64,000 nucleotides of DNA, taken from contig CBDFKD010000002.1 in the NCBI GenBank assembly GCA_965248695.1, positions 288,001 to 352,000 of the forward strand. The letters run 5' to 3'. The notes under the pieces were generated by a model. That model saw only the letters and a program-made list of their open reading frames with translations. It did not search any database and was not told where the DNA came from. Shown here one piece after another: positions 42,062 through 52,911 of the stretch. The DNA comes from Acidobacteriota bacterium. GTDB taxonomy: Bacteria; Acidobacteriota; UBA890; WLXD01. Positions within the stretch are counted from its first letter, which is position 1; every line of letters begins with the position of its first letter. Made by a program: the position numbers and the translations under genes.

Positions 42062-43189
42062 ACACGACGAGATCGAGCTCGAGCCTCGGGTACTGGCATA
42101 CATCGTCTCGCAGTTGCAGCCCTGGTCGCTACTTAACAGCGACGTAGATGTAAAGGGCAAAGCCTACGAAGAGATCGTTGGGTCCAATCTTCGCGGCGAT
42201 CGCGGCGAGTTCTTCACCCCCCGCAACATCTGTCAGATGGCGGTTGGGATGCTGGACCCTGGTCCTGCTGACATTGTCCTCGACCCCGCATGCGGCACTG
42301 GCGGTTTTCTGACCATTGCGATGAACCATGTCATTGAGAAGCTCCGCGATGGCGACCGGGGAAAATGGCGCAACGCGGATCGGCCCACAGATCGCGAACA
42401 ACAGGAGCTATATCGAAAGATCCACGAGTACGCTAATGAGCGTATCGTCGGAATCGACATCAACCCCAACCTTGTTAAGGCCGCGAAAATGAACATGGTC
42501 ATGAACAACGATGGTTCAGGTGGTCTGTTTCAGGGCAATGCTCTCGAACATCCCATCACGTGGGGCGAAGCACTCCGGGCTCGTGACTTGATTGGCAATG
42601 TGGATCTGGTCTTCACGAACCCGCCATTCGGATCGAAGATCCCAGTCGACGATCCCGCGATCCTCGAACAATTTGAACTAGCTCACGTGTGGGATTACGA
42701 CGAACCACAGGACACCTACTCGATTCGAGAGCCACGCCAGCTCCAAAAGTCACAGCCGCCAGAGATTCTGTTTGTTGAACGCTGCATCCAGTTCCTGAAG
42801 CCCGGGGGCGGGCGAATGGCGATCGTCTTGCCCGATGGGATACTCGGCGCGCCCGGGTTGGCTTACGTGCGTGAATGGATCTTGGCACAGACGCGCGTGC
42901 TGGCCAGTGTTGACTTGCATCCAGATGCGTTTCAGCCGAAGAACAGCACGCAAACAAGCGTGCTGGTACTGGAGCAGAAGCGTTTCGATGAGATCGAATT
43001 AGAGAGTGCCGTTGGTAAGAAAAACACCTATGACGTATTCATGGCGCTTGCGAACCATGTGGGCCATGACAAGCGCGGAAACACTACCTATGTCCGCGAC
43101 GAAGATGGCAACGAGATCGTCGAGGCCACGAAGGAGAAGGTCCAAGAGGTTCACGAAGGCGTCCCCTGTCTATACAACTGTCGAGACGG

Positions 43190-44593
43190 GAGTTATTTGC
43201 AAATGTTGTGGATCGGTGGATTTGTTCAGGCGGCGTCTTCGCTAGCGATCAGGTGAACTCCATCGACGAATGTGGCGCCCTCGAGTACGAGGGCAGTGAG
43301 GTGAGGAGCGTTGATGCGGCGCCATCGTTGCTGTGCCATCTCCAGGAGCTTGAATGCCATCGTCAGCGCCTTGGTGCGTGAGCCGGCGCCCTTGGTGACG
43401 CGTTGTCTCAGGCGTACGGTGGCGAACGCCGACTCGATCGGGTTGGCCGTGCGCAGATGAACCCAGTGGTCGGCGGGGAAGTCGTAGAACGTCAGCAGCT
43501 TGTCGGAGTCGCGTTGCAACGACGCCACGGCCTTGGAGTACTTGGCGCCGTAGTCGGCTGCGAACCGCGCCATGCCCTCCTGAGCATCCTCGCGCGTTGG
43601 CGCACCGATGATCTCGTGCAGCGCGCGCTTGGCTTTGGCCTGCAGCCGCCTCGGTAGCTTGTCGAGCACGTTGCCAAGCCGATGCACCCAGCATCGTTGC
43701 TCTCGAGTCTGGGGCCATACATCCCGCACCGCCGCCCAGAACCCCAGCGCCCCATCACCCACTGCCACGAGCGGCGCCCGCATGCCTCGACGCTTCAGCT
43801 CCCGGAGCACGAACGCCCAGCTCTCGGTGCTCTCTCGATACCCGTCCTCGACCGCGATGAGCTCCTTGGTTCCGTCCGGCAAAACGCCCAGGATCACCAG
43901 CGTGCACAGCCGATCATCCTCGAGTCGAATGTTGAAGTGCACACCGTCCGCCCACACGTATACGTACTGCTTGGTGGACAGATCCAGCTTCCGGAATGCC
44001 TCGTACTCCGTGCTCCAGGCGTTCGTCAGCCGGCAGATCGCCGATGCCGACAGCCCGCTGGCTTCCTGTCCCAGTAAGATCGGCAGCGCCTCCTTGAAGT
44101 CGCCCGTCGACAGGCCCCGCAGGTACAGCACCGGCAGCACCTCCGCCACCTTCGGCGAGCGCCGCATGTAGGGCGGCAGGATCCGACTGCTGAACCGCTG
44201 CCTCAGTCCCTGCTCGTCGAGCCGCTTGTCGTTGACCCGTGGCGCGGCTACTTGCACCGTCCCGCACCCCAACGTGATCTTGCGTGCGCGAGCCCGACCG
44301 TTGCGTACCACTTGCCGACGGCCGGCTTCATCCAGTTGCCCGGCGTGGCTCTGGATATACTCCTGAACCTCCCACTCCAGTGCTGTTGCCAGCATCTGCA
44401 GCGCGCCCTGCCGGGCGAGCTCATCGACGTCCAGTGTCAGCTGTCCTTCCTCCGCGTCCGATCCACCGATAATCTTGAGCACGGGTGGCGTCTCCTTCCC
44501 GGCCTCCACAGCCGGCTGCTGGTTGTTGATGATCCCAGCGAAGGTTACGCCGCCTTTCTTTTTCCTCCCATCCACAACTTCCGGTTATATCTC
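43190..44593 (-). mobile_element. IS256 type A copy 2 (transposase 43226-44575), 9-bp TSD TCGAGACGG
   Basis: Near-identical to 6110-7513; TSD at 43181-43189 and 44594-44602. Confidence 0.95.
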
Positions 44594-44672
44594 TCGAGAC
44601 GGCACAGAAGGTCGTAGACGACAACACCGGACGCATCACAGGAGCGTTCCGTGCTTGGTTAACTGAACAAGA

Positions 44673-46190
44673 ATGACACCTGCATCTACTCCTGAGAGAT
44701 CCGTCCGAGAACGCCTCGCGCCCGAGTGCTTGGCGCTCCCGATCGAGGAGATATGCGGCGGCGCGAGGCGGCTTGACGCCGAGGTGTATCTCACGCCCGG
44801 TTTTCTTGTTCGTCAAGACATCGCGCATGCCAGTCTGCAAGTGACGACCCTCGGAGAATTGGCTTCGATCTGGCAGCCAAGTCGCCTCACTGGAGTCACG
44901 GTTGCGCCCGAACATGGGGAACCGTTCCTGACTGCCACGCAGGTGTTCGACATTTGGCCCAGGCCGCGAAAGTGGCTGGCGGCCAGTCGCACACCGAAGA
45001 TTGAGACGCGATACGTAGAGCCCGGATGGATACTCGTGACCTGTTCCGGTACCGTCGGCAGTTCAATCGTCACGTATTCAGCGCACGCTGGGCTGGTGAT
45101 CTCTCATGACATCCTGCGCGTGCAGCCACGCGACGCCCGGCTTCGTGGGTACATATACGCCTTCCTACGGACGCGGTTCGGCCTCGCGATGATGCGGTCT
45201 AGCCGCTATGGGAACATCATCAAACATCTTGAGGTTGAGCACCTTGATGATCTGCCTATCCCGATACTCGACAACCTGATTGACGACACCGATGCGGACA
45301 TTGGTCGGACGTTTGAAATGCGTGATGAGGCGCACAAGCTTGATCGGTTCGCCTGCGAGCGTTTTGGCCAAGAGGTAGGCGCGCCGGAGCCACCATCGGA
45401 AGAGGGATTCTCCGTGTCCTCGAGCGAGCTGTTTGAATACAGCCGGCGTCTTGATGCTTACACATACAATCCTCAAGCAGAATCGGCGCTTGCCGCACTA
45501 GGGCAAAGTGGGTACGAGACTCAGCCGCTGCGCTCGCTTACTGAAGCTGTTTTCGGCGTCCCGCGTTTCAAGCACGTCTACTTGGATCGAGGCATCCCGT
45601 ATCTTGACAGCGAGCCGTTGTTCAAGATAAATCCGGAGCTTCGCAAGTTCATTCCACCAAGGGCAAAATCCAATGCGGAACGTTACTTCGTAAAGAGCGG
45701 CTGGCTGATGATGGCGTGCTCGGGACAGATCTATGGCCTTAACGGCGGTGTTGTCCTGGCAACCGAACAGCACGAGAATGCGATCATCTCAAACTACGTA
45801 GTGCGGATCATTCCGAATGGCGTTCGGCCAGGTTATCTGTCCGCTGTCCTCAATCACCCTGGACTTGGCCAGCCCTTGCTGCTCCGGTGGGCCTTCGGGA
45901 CAGAGGTTCCGGAAATCGCTCCCGAGGACGTGGCGCTGTTTCCGGTTCTGCGCCTACCAGACGAGGTTGAGAGTGAGATCGCGAATGCAGCAGAACGAGC
46001 GAGCGAGCTACGCATGAAGGCCGACGAGAAAGAGAACGGTGCGGTCGCTCGTCTGGAAGAGGCGCTAGACGCCGAGCTGGAGAAGTCCAAGGGCAAAAAG
46101 AAACATGGACCTCTCCACATCCCTCTCGACTTCGACGAGGCGATGAAGCGCGCCGTCCAAGTACCGGCACCAGACGAGGCCGAAGGCTAA
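44673..46190 (+). CDS. Restriction-modification specificity (S) subunit
   Basis: Two repeats RRLDA...ILVTCSGTVG / RRLDA...MMACSGQIYG; coupled to the MTase gene. Confidence 0.8.
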   Translation: MTPASTPERSVRERLAPECLALPIEEICGGARRLDAEVYLTPGFLVRQDIAHASLQVTTLGELASIWQPSRLTGVTVAPEHGEPFLTATQVFDIWPRPRKWLAASRTPKIETRYVEPGWILVTCSGTVGSSIVTYSAHAGLVISHDILRVQPRDARLRGYIYAFLRTRFGLAMMRSSRYGNIIKHLEVEHLDDLPIPILDNLIDDTDADIGRTFEMRDEAHKLDRFACERFGQEVGAPEPPSEEGFSVSSSELFEYSRRLDAYTYNPQAESALAALGQSGYETQPLRSLTEAVFGVPRFKHVYLDRGIPYLDSEPLFKINPELRKFIPPRAKSNAERYFVKSGWLMMACSGQIYGLNGGVVLATEQHENAIISNYVVRIIPNGVRPGYLSAVLNHPGLGQPLLLRWAFGTEVPEIAPEDVALFPVLRLPDEVESEIANAAERASELRMKADEKENGAVARLEEALDAELEKSKGKKKHGPLHIPLDFDEAMKRAVQVPAPDEAEG

Positions 46191-46922
46191 GCAGGGGTCG
46201 TACGGCTCTGTGCTGGTCAAGGATTCGCCCAGCCATACCCTTTGTCAAGTGCATAATCGCCAATCTTTTGGTCATCGGGCAGGTCGCCGTCTCGCTGATG
46301 CTGCTGGTCGGCGCCGGACTGTTCATCCGTAGCATGCAGTCGGCGCGGACCATAGACCCGGGGTTCGATGTCGAGGGCGGGCTGGTCGCCACCATGAACC
46401 TGGGACTCGAGGGCTACAGCGAGGACGACGGCAAGGCGTTCCTGCGGCAGCTTGGCGAGCGTGTCGCTGCGATTCCGGGCGTGCGTGCAGCGACGGTGGC
46501 GCAATCTTTGCCGCTGAGCCTGTTCGGCGCCGGGCTGACCCGCACCACCTTCATCGAAGGCGACGCGGCAGCCGACGAGGAGGACGGGGTGCTCATCGGG
46601 GTCACCAGCATCGGGCTGGGGTTCTTCGACGCTCTCGGTATCAGCATCGTTGACGGGCGCCCGTTCGATGTGCGTATTTCGGTGATGCCGATCGGTTGTT
46701 TCGGTCATCGCGATCACTCGTTTCGGGTGATCGCGATCAGGGCATCGGAGCGAAGCGACGTTGTGTTGGGATGTTAGCGGATCACCTTGGGTGAGTCAGA
46801 AGTAGTAGTAGAGGCGGTGGAGGCTGTGGGGGACGCGAAGCGTCCTCCAAGGAGCGGTGGGAAACGGATGTTTTCCATGGCTCCGGCAGGATCCACAGGT
46901 TGCCGGAGCAGCGCGAGGATGC

Positions 46923-47684
46923 TCATGTGGCTTTGTCCGCATCGCGCAGCTTGGCGGCGGCGGCCGCCTTGCGCAGCGACCGGCCGGTGAGCTTGATCTT
47001 GTAGGCAGCGTGGATGAGCCGGTCGCAGATGGAGTCGGCCACGGTGGCCTCCCCGAGTGCCTGATGCCAGGCAGAGATGGGCAACTGACTGGCGATCAGA
47101 GTCGAGGCGCGTTCATGGCGATCTTCGATCACCTCGAGGATGTCGCGCCGTTCCATGTCGTTGAGCGGCGTAAGCAACCAGTCATCGATCACCAACAAGT
47201 TGGTTCTGGCGAGTCGGTTCATCAGACGGGTGTAGGAGCCGTCGCCACGGGCGACGGCGAGTTGGTGAGGGAACCGGGCGGCGCGCACGTACAATGCCGT
47301 GAACCCAGATCGGCACGCCCTGTGCGCCAGTGCGCAGGCCAGGAACGTCTTGCCGGTGCCGGTGGGTCCGGTGATCAGCAGGTTCAGGTTCTGGCGCAAC
47401 CACTCACACGATCCCAGCGACAGCACCACCTGCCGGTCCAGCCCGCGGGATGCCTTGAAGTCGACATCTTCCATGCAAGCGGCGACGCGGAGTTTGGCGC
47501 GTTGGAGCCGGCGAGTGAGCTTACGCCGCTCGCGTGCGGTGTACTCGGCCTCGATCATCATGCCGACCCGATCCTCGAACGGTAGATCGGCGTACTGGCT
47601 CGTGGACAGCTGCAACTCGAACAGCTCGGCCATCGCCCCCATCTTCATGGCCAGCATCTTGTCGATCGTCGGTTGCCTCAGCAT
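46923..47684 (-). CDS. istB: IS21 helper ATPase
   Basis: GPTGTGKT, LVIDDW, ASQLP, DRLIH. Confidence 0.93.
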   Translation of the reverse strand: MLRQPTIDKMLAMKMGAMAELFELQLSTSQYADLPFEDRVGMMIEAEYTARERRKLTRRLQRAKLRVAACMEDVDFKASRGLDRQVVLSLGSCEWLRQNLNLLITGPTGTGKTFLACALAHRACRSGFTALYVRAARFPHQLAVARGDGSYTRLMNRLARTNLLVIDDWLLTPLNDMERRDILEVIEDRHERASTLIASQLPISAWHQALGEATVADSICDRLIHAAYKIKLTGRSLRKAAAAAKLRDADKAT

Positions 47685-49225
47685 GAGCTGGACTCGGCGT
47701 AGTAATCAGCACCGCGGATGTTCTCGTGGACTGGCACTGCGGGAGTTCGGTGCTGTTGCGCGGGCTGCCGATCCAGGCCCGAGGAGAGGATGTTCTTGAT
47801 CGTGCCGTAACGGCACGATCCGAGGGTCTCGGCGCGCGCGCTCGCTGCCTCCAGTCGTTCCGATCCGTAGCGCTTGCTCAAGCGCATGATCCCCAAACAG
47901 GAGCGATACCCCTGTTCCGGATGAGGGAAGGTGGCCATGATCTGCGCCACCACCCGAGCGGTGGCAGGACCGGTGCGCCCGGCCCAGCCGATCAGACGCG
48001 ACGGGGTGCATTGCGCATGCGCCCGATGCGAAGCGGGCATGTGCTCGGCACAAGTGGAGTGGCTGCCTTTGCCCACGAGACGGCGGTGGCCGCCAACTCG
48101 GTTGCCCTTGAAGTACAGCTCCACGGTCAGAGCGGTGAAGCGTGCCTCCACCTGCTGATGAACCAACTGATAGGGCACCGAGTACCAGTTGCCGTCAACC
48201 TGCACGTGGTAGTCGATGTTGACCGTGCAGCGGAGCCACTCGGCCATCTCATAGGCGGCTGACGGCAACGGCTGCAGCAGTGGCCGGTCCAGACGCTCGT
48301 ACAACTGTCGTCGGGATGCGCCGAGCTGCTGCATGGGCTTGTCGTTGATGATCTCGAGTTGCTCGCGGATCGCACCGTTCAGCTCGGCCAAGCTGAAGAA
48401 GGTGCGGTTGCGCAATACGGCCAGGATCCAACGCTGCGCCAGTAGCACGGAGCTCTCCACCTTGGCCTTGTCGCGAGGCTTGCCGGCGCGCGTCGGGATC
48501 ACCGCCGCACCGTAGTGCTCGGCCATCTCGGCGTAGCTGCGGTTCACGGTCGGCTCATACCGGCAGGCCCGAGTAACGCCGCTCTTGAGGTTGTCCGGAA
48601 CGAGGATCTCAGCACTCCCGCCGAAGTACTCCAACATCCGCACATGCGATCCGATCCACGAGGCCAGATCCTGGCCAGCGCTTGCCTCGGCGTACACGTA
48701 GGAGCTGGCGCCGAGCACCCCGACGAACAACTCGACGGTACGGGCATCACCGCTGTGGCGGTCAACGACGCTCGGTCGCTTGCCGGAGTAGTCCACGAAG
48801 ATCTTGTGGCCGGCGCGGTGCACCTGCCGCATCGATGGGGACAGCTTGCGCCGGAAGCGTCGGTATCGCTCGCAGAACTGCGTGTAGCGATATCCGTCAG
48901 GGTGATCCTCCAGGTACTCGTGCCACAGCAGTTGTAGCGTCACCCCGGGGCGCCGCAGCTCCCGGTGAACCCAGGCCACATCCGGCGACGGGCGCGGGTT
49001 GCTCGGTGGCGCCGGCGCTCTGAACAGCTTCCCCTCCAGCGCGATGTCATCAAGCTCTGCCGGCAGCGGCCAGCTCAGCCCGGCCGCCGCGGCGCGCTGC
49101 AGGTAGTCGCTCACGGTCGAACTGCTCACGCCACACGCGCGGGCGATCTGGCGGTGCGGTAGCCCTTGGAACTTCAGCCGCAGGATCTGTCGAACTTGTC
49201 TCATCGGTAGCCTCTTGGTTGCCAT
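47678..49225 (-). CDS. istA: IS21 transposase
   Basis: FVDYSG, VPDNLKSGV, PRDKAKVE, YSVP. Confidence 0.93.
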   Translation of the reverse strand: MATKRLPMRQVRQILRLKFQGLPHRQIARACGVSSSTVSDYLQRAAAAGLSWPLPAELDDIALEGKLFRAPAPPSNPRPSPDVAWVHRELRRPGVTLQLLWHEYLEDHPDGYRYTQFCERYRRFRRKLSPSMRQVHRAGHKIFVDYSGKRPSVVDRHSGDARTVELFVGVLGASSYVYAEASAGQDLASWIGSHVRMLEYFGGSAEILVPDNLKSGVTRACRYEPTVNRSYAEMAEHYGAAVIPTRAGKPRDKAKVESSVLLAQRWILAVLRNRTFFSLAELNGAIREQLEIINDKPMQQLGASRRQLYERLDRPLLQPLPSAAYEMAEWLRCTVNIDYHVQVDGNWYSVPYQLVHQQVEARFTALTVELYFKGNRVGGHRRLVGKGSHSTCAEHMPASHRAHAQCTPSRLIGWAGRTGPATARVVAQIMATFPHPEQGYRSCLGIMRLSKRYGSERLEAASARAETLGSCRYGTIKNILSSGLDRQPAQQHRTPAVPVHENIRGADYYAESSSC

Positions 49226-50350
49226 CCATCGCTCCTCCTGGCGTTAGGAGGCGCCATGGTGCCGCACTTGCTACCGATGGATCCCTGCTCTCAGATCCTC
49301 GCGATCGGCTCCGAAATGAGCGATCGCGATGGTCCGAAACCAGTGATCGGCATCAACCGAAATCCGTGATCGCGATAAACCGAAACGGGCGATCGGGATG
49401 CTCCGAAATACGCAGATGTCACGGACAACCCCGACAGTGTGCGCGCGGCGATCATCAACGAGGTGATGGCCGACACTTTCTGGCCCGGCGAGAGCCCGAT
49501 CGGGCAGCGGTTCATGTTCCACGGCCAGATCGATCGGCCGCTTACCGTCGTCGGCGTGGCCAGCTACGCGAAGGTGTCGACGCTGGGCGAGGACCCCACG
49601 CCGCTGGTGTACATGCCCATCGAGCAGGAGTACTCCGGCACGATGTTGCTGATGTCCCGCACCGAGGGCGACCCGCTGGCGCTCGCCGATGCCGTGCGGC
49701 GTGAGATCCGCGCTCTCGATCCGGAGATGCCGATCTTCGGGATCACGACGCTCGGCGATCAGGTGGACGCGTCGCTCTTCCCCACCCGTATCGGCGCGGG
49801 CATGCTCGGGGTGTTCGGTGCGCTCGGCCTGACGCTCGCGGCGATCGGCCTGTACGGGGTAATGAACTACTCGGTGGCTCGGCGCACCCGCGAGATCGGC
49901 ATTCGCATGGCACTCGGTGCCAACTCGACCGGGGTAATGCGGTTGGTGGTCCAGCACGCGCTGCTGCTGGTGGCCGTCGGCTTGATCGTCGGGATCGGCC
50001 TGGCGGCTTTGATGGGTCGGCAGATGGCAAGCATGCTGTACGGCATCAGCGGCACCGACCTGTTCGCCTTCGGCGGCACCTCGCTGATGTTGTTGCTGGT
50101 CGCCAGCGTCGCCAGTCTCGTGCCGGCGTTGCGCGCCACGCGCGTCGATCCGGTCCGCGCCCTGAAGTTCGAGTAGCCGGCCTACGTTTTCCTGACGTAT
50201 CGCATCTTTTACGATGCTAAGAACGGTCATAGAGTGCTGCTGAGGCCGCAATTGGCCGCAGCTGACCGAAAAGTGTTGCTTCGTATCTCCGCGCTTCCCT
50301 AGACTCGATTCTGGCTGGTTGAGCCGGCCGCGAGCGCCTCCCCATGCGCA

Positions 50351-51169
50351 GTGAGATATGTGAAGCACGCCTGTCTGGCACTCGTTGCCATGCTTACGAT
50401 CGGCTGCGCCCACGGCGCGGCCGTCCGTCCGAACCGACGTCCTACGACCACAGTGAACGACGCGGCCGCACCCGCAGCGCGTCCGAGCCGGGACGCCTCT
50501 GCCGCGCGGAACAACCCGCCCACGGCAGCAACCGGTCGGAGTCCACGCCCTTCAACCACGGCGAGCAGCCCGTCCGCGCCGCCAACGCCTCCAAACCGAC
50601 GCGCGACGGCCGCGGCGACGCCACCGAATCGACGCCCGCCCGTCGCAACGCCCGGCGAACCCCTGTTCATGCCGGAGTGCTACGAACCGCCGCCGGCGGT
50701 CCCGGCGGTGGAAAGGGCTGACTCCCGAGACTGGCAGCTTCCCGTCGCTCGCGTTGGCAACGACACCGTTCTCAGCTTCTTCGGCGACCCGCGAGATCGC
50801 GGTGCCCGACAACACGCCGGCATCGACATCGGGGCGCCACGTGGTACGCCGGTGCACGCCCCGGTCGACGCGAAGGTCATCGCGTCGCGCCAGGGTAGCA
50901 GGGGCGGACACACGATCGTTCTCTTGGACGTGGCCGAGAAGATTCAGTTCGTCTTCACGCACCTCGACTCGCGCGCCGTGCAGGCTGGTCAGTACGTGCT
51001 CGCCGGTCACCCGCTCGGCACGGTCGGCAATACCGGCAACGCCGCCGGCGGCGTCACCCACCTGCACTTCGAAGTGCATGATTTCGCCGGCCCGATCGAT
51101 CCGTGTCCGCTGTTGAACCGGGCACCCGGCGCCAGCGTCAGCTGCCCAAGCGAGCTCGCCGCCCGATAG
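50351..51169 (+). CDS. M23 family peptidase lipoprotein with Pro-rich linker
   Basis: HAGIDI, HLHFE, GNTGN. Confidence 0.85.
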   Translation: MRYVKHACLALVAMLTIGCAHGAAVRPNRRPTTTVNDAAAPAARPSRDASAARNNPPTAATGRSPRPSTTASSPSAPPTPPNRRATAAATPPNRRPPVATPGEPLFMPECYEPPPAVPAVERADSRDWQLPVARVGNDTVLSFFGDPRDRGARQHAGIDIGAPRGTPVHAPVDAKVIASRQGSRGGHTIVLLDVAEKIQFVFTHLDSRAVQAGQYVLAGHPLGTVGNTGNAAGGVTHLHFEVHDFAGPIDPCPLLNRAPGASVSCPSELAAR

Positions 51170-51178
51170 ACTGGCGGC

Positions 51179-51847
51179 ATGAGCTTGAAAGCCGCTCGCG
51201 CGCTGCCCCGAGTCGTGTTGCTGCTCGCCGCTGGCATCGCGACAACAGCGTGCGCCGGCGATGCGCAGCCTCCGGCTCCAGCTCGTGCGGATGCTGCAGA
51301 GGCGAGCGTAGCGCCCGCCGGCGTGATGGACGGATCCCTGCCGGACATGGGCGGTCGGGCCTTCGTAGCGCTGCAACCCGAGTCGGCTCATACTTCCCCG
51401 CCGCCGGGCAAACCGGGGGTCATCGATCAGTTCGGCTACACCTTCGAACCGTCGTTGCTCATCGCGCAGCAGGACCAGACGGTTCGAATCGGCAACAGCG
51501 AGGACGTCGACCACAACGTACGGGTGACAAACGTCGAGACTCGGGCGGTAGTGGTGAACGCCAATCTGGTTATGGGTGAGACCGTCGAGCACCGGTTCGA
51601 CCGCACCGGACCTTACACAGTGCGTTGCGACATCCACCCGGCGATGACGGCGCTCATCCTCGTGGTGTCGCACCCGTACGCGGCGATAACCGACACTCGC
51701 GGCGCGTTCCGGATCGAGAACATCCCGCCGGGCGCCTACGCGCTGACGACGTGGAGCGCCGCCGGCGAGCGGATCCTACAACGCGCCGTAACCGTCACCG
51801 AGGACGCGGACGGCCAACTCGAGATGACGTCGGGTGCCACGGAGTAG
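51179..51847 (+). CDS. Cupredoxin-like / carboxypeptidase-regulatory-like lipoprotein
   Basis: HNV, CDIHPAM, HPYAA.TD..G.F. Confidence 0.75.
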   Translation: MSLKAARALPRVVLLLAAGIATTACAGDAQPPAPARADAAEASVAPAGVMDGSLPDMGGRAFVALQPESAHTSPPPGKPGVIDQFGYTFEPSLLIAQQDQTVRIGNSEDVDHNVRVTNVETRAVVVNANLVMGETVEHRFDRTGPYTVRCDIHPAMTALILVVSHPYAAITDTRGAFRIENIPPGAYALTTWSAAGERILQRAVTVTEDADGQLEMTSGATE

Positions 51848-51889
51848 CACGCCACCGGACCACGACTCGCGAGTCGGGAGATCGACGCG

Positions 51890-52735
51890 ATGAACAAGCG
51901 CGAATTCGGTCACACGGGCATAGGCGTATCGGTCATCGGCCAGGGCACCTGGCGGATGGAGCTGTCTGACCGAGCTACCGCGACCGCGGCACTACAACGT
52001 GGTCTCGACCGCGGGGCGACGCATATCGACACCGCCGAGATGTATGGCAACGGCGCCGCCGAAGAGCTCGTCGGCAAGGCCATGGATGGGCGACGCGACG
52101 AGGTGTTCCTGGTGAGCAAGGTGCTGCCCTCGAACGCCTCGCGGGAGGGCACCGTCGCCGCGTGCGAGCGATCGCTGAGACGCCTGCGCACCGACCGGCT
52201 CGATTGCTACCTGCTGCACTGGGAAGGAGCCCACCCGATCGAGGAGACCGTCGCCGGGTTCGAACAGTTGGCAAGCGACGGCAAGATCCGCGCGTGGGGC
52301 GTTAGCAACTTCGATGAGCGCGCCTTGGACGAGGTGGTCGCGCTCGCGGGCGCCGAGCACGTCACCTGTAATCAGGTCTGCTACCACCTCCAGGAACGAG
52401 CCATCGAGCACGCTGTGGTGCCCTACTGCCACAAGCACGGGATCGCGGTGGTCGCCTACAGCCCGTTCGGATCAGGCTCCTTCCCTTCCGAGGATTCCCA
52501 CCGCGGGCGAATCCTGACCGACATCGGGGCACGGTACGGTGTCAGCGCTTTCCAGATTGCCCTGGCGTTCCTTTGCCGGCGCGAGGGGCAGTTCGCGATT
52601 CCCAAGAGCGCATTGCCGGCCCATGTCGAAGACAACGCCGCCGCCGGCGACGTCGTGCTCGCGGATACGGACCTCGAGCAGATCGACGCTGCTTTTCCAC
52701 TCGGTCGACCGCGACCCGGCGTTCCGGTGATCTGA
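51890..52735 (+). CDS. Aldo/keto reductase
   Basis: IDTAEMYG, LLHW, GVSNF, AYSP, IPKS. Confidence 0.92.
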   Translation: MNKREFGHTGIGVSVIGQGTWRMELSDRATATAALQRGLDRGATHIDTAEMYGNGAAEELVGKAMDGRRDEVFLVSKVLPSNASREGTVAACERSLRRLRTDRLDCYLLHWEGAHPIEETVAGFEQLASDGKIRAWGVSNFDERALDEVVALAGAEHVTCNQVCYHLQERAIEHAVVPYCHKHGIAVVAYSPFGSGSFPSEDSHRGRILTDIGARYGVSAFQIALAFLCRREGQFAIPKSALPAHVEDNAAAGDVVLADTDLEQIDAAFPLGRPRPGVPVI

Positions 52736-52911
52736 TTGCAACCCTGGACGCCGTCGCTCACGTTTCGTGCACCCCTCGGACAGCGACGGCCAACCGTCAG
52801 AACGAACTCGGTTGAGCCACTCACAGTCCGTTGAGAAACCCCAACGCTTGTGGTCGAATGCCGCCAGATTTCTGACTCTAAGAGCCACACTACCCGCAGA
52901 GGAGACTCGAC

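Larger units (their letters stand above)
40037..44676 (+). pseudogene. Fused HsdR_N-like endonuclease + N6-adenine methyltransferase, interrupted by IS3 and IS256
   Basis: PEEYVRQ, RAD...IVECK, GEFFTPR, DPACGTGGFL, NPPFG; reconstructs to 653 aa ending in an ATGA overlap with the S gene. Confidence 0.87.
38995..46261 (+). mobile_element. IS1595-family transporter element carrying R-M passenger genes
   Basis: 23-bp IR GGCG(G/A)TTATGCACTTGACAAAGG; 8-bp TSD AATCTTTT (38987-38994, 46262-46269). Confidence 0.93.
46671..49414 (-). mobile_element. IS21-family element, 4-bp TSD GATG
   Basis: Ends TGCGTATTTCGG / CCGAAATACGCA; subterminal repeats; istA-istB. Confidence 0.94.
37690..50176 (+). pseudogene. 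ADOP-type ABC permease split into three pieces (37690-38994, 46270-46670, 49419-50176)
   Basis: Removing the IS1595 element and IS21 restores RNLLVIGQVA and PFDVTDNP; one extra base near 38958; reconstructs to 820 aa. Confidence 0.9.

Noticed and set aside
49270-49414. Short tandem repeats as a separate array
   Set aside because: These are the normal subterminal transposase-binding repeats of IS21
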